Origin: a bacterium
GTDB taxonomy: Bacteria; Patescibacteriota; Saccharimonadia; Saccharimonadales; SZUA-47
Assembly: GCA_030428125.1 (NCBI GenBank)
Contig: JAUIBF010000001.1
Location: forward strand, 298,383 to 362,382
DNA length: 64,000 bases
Reading direction: 5' to 3'
In this document: one piece after another, positions 60,511-64,000 of the stretch
Layout of the letters: every line of letters begins with the position of its first letter
How positions within the stretch are numbered: the stretch's first letter is position 1
Translations under genes and position numbers: made by a program
Notes under the pieces: model-generated
The model's database searches: none
What the model saw: the letters and a program-made list of their open reading frames with translations, nothing else
What the model was told of the DNA's origin: nothing

Positions 60511-63500
60511 ATGAGATATGTTGGTTTAATTTCACAGAGGTGGACCAAAAAAGTTAGAAATATTAGCCTGTCATTAATGTTGATGATAGCTCAAATATCA
60601 CCATTTTTTATTGGTGCAAAGGTTGCATATGCAGATACATCGTCGGTTAAAGTTCCTACGTCTACACACTTACCGAATAACTGGGATGTAAATTCTGTAG
60701 CGAACGTTCAGGTGTCTAGTGACGCCTTGTATGCAACAGAAAATGATGGCAGCGAACAAGGTTATAGTGGTTTTGATTTTTCAGAAATACCGGCAGGTAG
60801 CACGGTAAATGGTATTGAAGTTCATACCAGCGCAGGCCGGGACGGAGGCTTGACAAACGCTTGTCAGCTTGGTGTAGCTGTGTCAGGAGACGGTGGAGCA
60901 ACGTATAGTACTTATAAGACTCGAGCTCTTACTAACACAATAACAAGCCAGACCCTAGGATCAAGCTCTGATCTTTGGGGCGAAACATGGGCTTTAAATA
61001 ACTTAAACGAGACAGATTTTGTAGTTAAAATAGATGATGTAGATCCAGGCGGTGATTGTATAAACGATACAATGATTTTTGTAGATTTTATAGGAGTACA
61101 GGTCCACTACACAGCGCCAGAACCAAGTACGTTTACACTTACTGTGAAAAAAACTGTGATAAATGATGATAGTGGCAACAAAAGTGCCAATGATTTTGGT
61201 ATAGGACTTGAAGGATTTAGCAATTTCTCATTTTCTGTACCAAATGATATTTCAGGCACCAATGTTTATCAATCTAGTGGAGTCTATAGCGTAAGAGCGC
61301 AAGCATATTTACTAAGCGAAGATGATACAGAAGGGTATGCTGAGGGCGACTGGGAGTGTAGTGGTACAGATAATAAGTCAGTGAATGGTCTGTCTGTTAG
61401 CTTGCAACCTTCTGCAAATGAAGAAGTAGTATGCGAGATAACAAACAACGATAGTGTTGACAACACTACGAATACGGCCATAACTCCACCTGAATCTCCC
61501 GTGTGTACTGAAAACGGGGTACTTTGGAAAGTTGTCCCAGACCTTTCCATGCTTGCAAGTAACAATAGTTTACGCGTAGCTAATGCACTGATTAATAGTA
61601 GTCGTTTTAGCATTGATACGGGTTTAACTTTCGGGCCGGGCACTGTAGATATTACTAAATATGTTTCCTGGGATGGCTATTCTGAACGCGTCAATGCAGT
61701 TCAACCCGAGGAACAATGGGTAGTCCAATTCTGGAACGGGGGCTCAGTAGTAGCTACAACAGGATTTACCGAAGATCTGACAGATGGAGTTGTTTCGGAC
61801 ACTAAGATGGGTTCACTTGGCCAGGTTATTTTAGAGAATGGTGCCGATAAGGTGCTGGTGGTCCATAAAGCTGCTTTACAAGACGTTGTCGGAGGTGCAA
61901 ATTCAGTTGTTCCGGCGGCCTTATGTCTTAGCCACACCCCACCCGAAGAAAAGATTAAAATCCGTGTAGAAAAGTTTGAAGACACAAACGCAGATGGTGA
62001 AGCTCCAAACTATAATGATGAAAATAAAGAACCTCGTGCAACACTACCATTCGAATTTACCCTGTATAAGGATGACGTCAAAGTTGAATCAAACAGCACA
62101 AACACAAATGGTAGCTTGGCGTTCGCAGATCAGCAAGGCGCAGGACTGTACACGGTTTGCGAGACTGAAAATGCAGGCTGGTTCAACACCTATTCATATC
62201 CAGGAAGCCCTGTAGACGATCCTGAAGATCTAGGCAGAGTGTGTGTAGAAAAAGAACTTAAACCCGGGGACCAATGGACATTCGTCTTTGCCAACACCAG
62301 ATACTTCGATATATGGGTAGAAAAATATGAGGATACTGACAAGGACGGAGAGGCTCCAAACCTAGAAGGAGAACCTAGGGCTACAGAACAATTTGACTTC
62401 ACTCTATACGATGAAAACTCCAACATGGTTTCATCTGGGCAAACAAACGAGTCCAACAATGGAAAAATACAAATAGGAGATGATTTAACACCAGGTAAAT
62501 ACACAGTTTGCGAAGAAAATAATCCAAAATGGCTGAATACATTCGCAGGACCAGGTGACATAGTTAGTGATCCCGATAATAAAAACAGGGTTTGTGTATC
62601 TAGAGAGTTTGTGTCAGGTGAAAACTGGACGTTCGTTTTTGGTAACTGGAAAAAACCACCGGCAAAAGTAATCGCCACTAAGGTCGTGTGTAATAACGAA
62701 AGCTTACTGCCAAATTGGAGCAATGGTGGTCCGAGTATTACAGCATTGACTGCAATAGATTGGGTCACACAAAACGAAGGCTGCAAACTATCAGAAGGTT
62801 GGAATTTCCAGTATGCATTTAATAATCAGTCGAACCCAGGGGATAACATAGAAGATGGTGGAGCTGGTTGGGATACGTTTGGGCCTACTGACGCAAATGG
62901 TCAGACATCTGTTGAATTTGATAAACTGAGCGACATAAATCGAATATGGATAAGAGAGATGCTACCGAATGGGTATCTGGGCTATACATACAACGAAGAA
63001 AATCAACAGAATACAAATAATGTATCTGCAGAAATGTATTGTCATACTGATGTTCTAAATTATGACAACTACGACTATATTACTGATTTAGCCTATGATG
63101 AAAACTATTATTGCGTAGCTTGGAATGTCGAACTAGCACAGATCAGAGCAATTAAATACAATGACTTGAATCGCAATGGTATTAGAGATGGTGGTGAGCC
63201 TAGGTTAGACGGCTGGGAGATGACTCTGTATGACAACGCAGGCAATGTGATTACTAGTGGTCTAACAGGTGAAGATGGCGACGGAAAAGTAGTGTTCAAT
63301 GGATTACTTCCTGGTAAATATAAAGTTTGTGAAACGTTGCAGGATGGTTGGGCATTTAGTGAACCGACTGATAAAACGGGGTGTAGGTACGTGACTTTAA
63401 GTCCGGGTGAAAATGCAGTTGCTCGGTTCGGTAATGCGGAATCAGTACCAATCGTCTGCGTAACCAAAAACACAATTGGTGGTGACGGACTGTTCAAATT

Positions 63501-64000
63501 CCAGCTGTTCAATAACCAACAACTATATGCCGGTTTTGGGTTATCCGATGTCTCGCAAAATGACAAGTACTGTAATGTAGATTTCAGCGACGGGTATAAC
63601 AGTGGTTACGGGTTGGAGGAAGGCCAAGTAAAAGTCGTCGAGGAATATATCGAGGGCTGGGATAATACACAAGCTAACTGTGAATACTACGATGAGAAAG
63701 AAGGATGGATAGGAGTCGGCACAGAGTTTATGGCCTATGGAGGCGTTGAGTATTTATGTGAATTTGTAAACGTGAAAAGAGGTGAAGTAGTTGTAACTAA
63801 ATTCCACGACCTTAACAAAAACGGTTATTGGGATGAAGATGAAGATAGTTTGCCGGGTTGGGAAATTTTACTCAATGAAGAATCTGTGATTACAGATGAA
63901 AATGGACAAGCAATATTTAACAATGTTCAGGATGGCTGGTTTACCTTTGACGAAGTAATGCAACCCGACTGGGAACAAACTGGAGCTTACTGTGATGAAG
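60511..64000 (+). CDS. giant secreted adhesin-like protein, 5' part (>1163 aa; continues beyond the window)
   Basis: My manual translation of frame 1 from the ATG at 60511 found no stop up to position 64000. Signal peptide MRYVGLISQRWTKKVRNISLSLMLMIAQISPFFIGAKVAYA. There are at least 4 SdrD-B/Cna-B-like modules (e.g. IKYNDLNRNGIRDGGEPRLDGWEMTLYDNAGNV...LLPGKYKVCE). The ORF track omits it because it has no stop codon. Confidence 0.85.
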   Translation, partial: MRYVGLISQRWTKKVRNISLSLMLMIAQISPFFIGAKVAYADTSSVKVPTSTHLPNNWDVNSVANVQVSSDALYATENDGSEQGYSGFDFSEIPAGSTVNGIEVHTSAGRDGGLTNACQLGVAVSGDGGATYSTYKTRALTNTITSQTLGSSSDLWGETWALNNLNETDFVVKIDDVDPGGDCINDTMIFVDFIGVQVHYTAPEPSTFTLTVKKTVINDDSGNKSANDFGIGLEGFSNFSFSVPNDISGTNVYQSSGVYSVRAQAYLLSEDDTEGYAEGDWECSGTDNKSVNGLSVSLQPSANEEVVCEITNNDSVDNTTNTAITPPESPVCTENGVLWKVVPDLSMLASNNSLRVANALINSSRFSIDTGLTFGPGTVDITKYVSWDGYSERVNAVQPEEQWVVQFWNGGSVVATTGFTEDLTDGVVSDTKMGSLGQVILENGADKVLVVHKAALQDVVGGANSVVPAALCLSHTPPEEKIKIRVEKFEDTNADGEAPNYNDENKEPRATLPFEFTLYKDDVKVESNSTNTNGSLAFADQQGAGLYTVCETENAGWFNTYSYPGSPVDDPEDLGRVCVEKELKPGDQWTFVFANTRYFDIWVEKYEDTDKDGEAPNLEGEPRATEQFDFTLYDENSNMVSSGQTNESNNGKIQIGDDLTPGKYTVCEENNPKWLNTFAGPGDIVSDPDNKNRVCVSREFVSGENWTFVFGNWKKPPAKVIATKVVCNNESLLPNWSNGGPSITALTAIDWVTQNEGCKLSEGWNFQYAFNNQSNPGDNIEDGGAGWDTFGPTDANGQTSVEFDKLSDINRIWIREMLPNGYLGYTYNEENQQNTNNVSAEMYCHTDVLNYDNYDYITDLAYDENYYCVAWNVELAQIRAIKYNDLNRNGIRDGGEPRLDGWEMTLYDNAGNVITSGLTGEDGDGKVVFNGLLPGKYKVCETLQDGWAFSEPTDKTGCRYVTLSPGENAVARFGNAESVPIVCVTKNTIGGDGLFKFQLFNNQQLYAGFGLSDVSQNDKYCNVDFSDGYNSGYGLEEGQVKVVEEYIEGWDNTQANCEYYDEKEGWIGVGTEFMAYGGVEYLCEFVNVKRGEVVVTKFHDLNKNGYWDEDEDSLPGWEILLNEESVITDENGQAIFNNVQDGWFTFDEVMQPDWEQTGAYCDE

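Noticed and set aside
61976-62215. 79-aa plus-strand ORF listed inside the giant-protein region.
   Set aside because: It is in frame 2, whereas the uninterrupted adhesin-like ORF is in frame 1. Its product is Lys/Gln/Thr-rich with no motifs.
1-64000. Alternative genetic code (UGA recoding, as in some candidate phyla), or mobile, prophage or defence islands.
   Set aside because: Long conserved genes (pheT, uvrB, metK, gap) read through cleanly with the standard code. I saw no integrase, transposase, recombinase, terminal inverted repeats, restriction-modification genes or known defence-gene motifs.

Overview
This 64-kb window is chromosomal, low-GC and uses the standard genetic code (long ORFs are not interrupted by UGA). 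It carries about 70 tightly packed CDS, many with ATGA or TAAATG junctions. I found no rRNA, tRNA, CRISPR array, transposase or integrase. Gene content suggests a small-genome monoderm, possibly Patescibacteria/Saccharibacteria-like; this is inference only. The supporting features are a split transketolase, PfkB kinase, NrdH/TrxB, many small membrane proteins, a LysM-CHAP hydrolase, a giant adhesin-like ORF and no outer-membrane parts. Recognisable blocks: pheS-(alpha/beta hydrolase)-pheT; a SAM-I riboswitch plus metK; an ABC exporter plus an RND-like transporter; a Zur-like/ZIP divergon; Crp, Hsp20 and CorA; RmuC and NDH-2; uvrB; and a roughly 10-kb co-directional run (ppa, ppa-like, IMPase-family, Nudix, gap, rpiB, rpe-like, split tkt, DMT, fba, pfkB, unknown, LOG-like). 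The most unusual items are: (1) two abutting paralogs, each fusing a PAP2 phosphatase, a eukaryotic-like kinase and an MprF-type flippase-like (UPF0104) domain, with the phosphatase motifs degenerate in one copy; (2) a Crp-adjacent cluster of three secreted or anchored proteins built on an unassigned SGNA..NTNAGDA.TGDA repeat, separated by GC-rich inverted repeats; (3) an ORF of more than 1160 aa (60511 to the window end) that the supplied ORF track omits because it has no stop; (4) a 425-bp ORF-free, structured region after metK; (5) tandem inorganic pyrophosphatases with a divergent second copy. All functional calls rest on motifs read by eye; no database search was possible.
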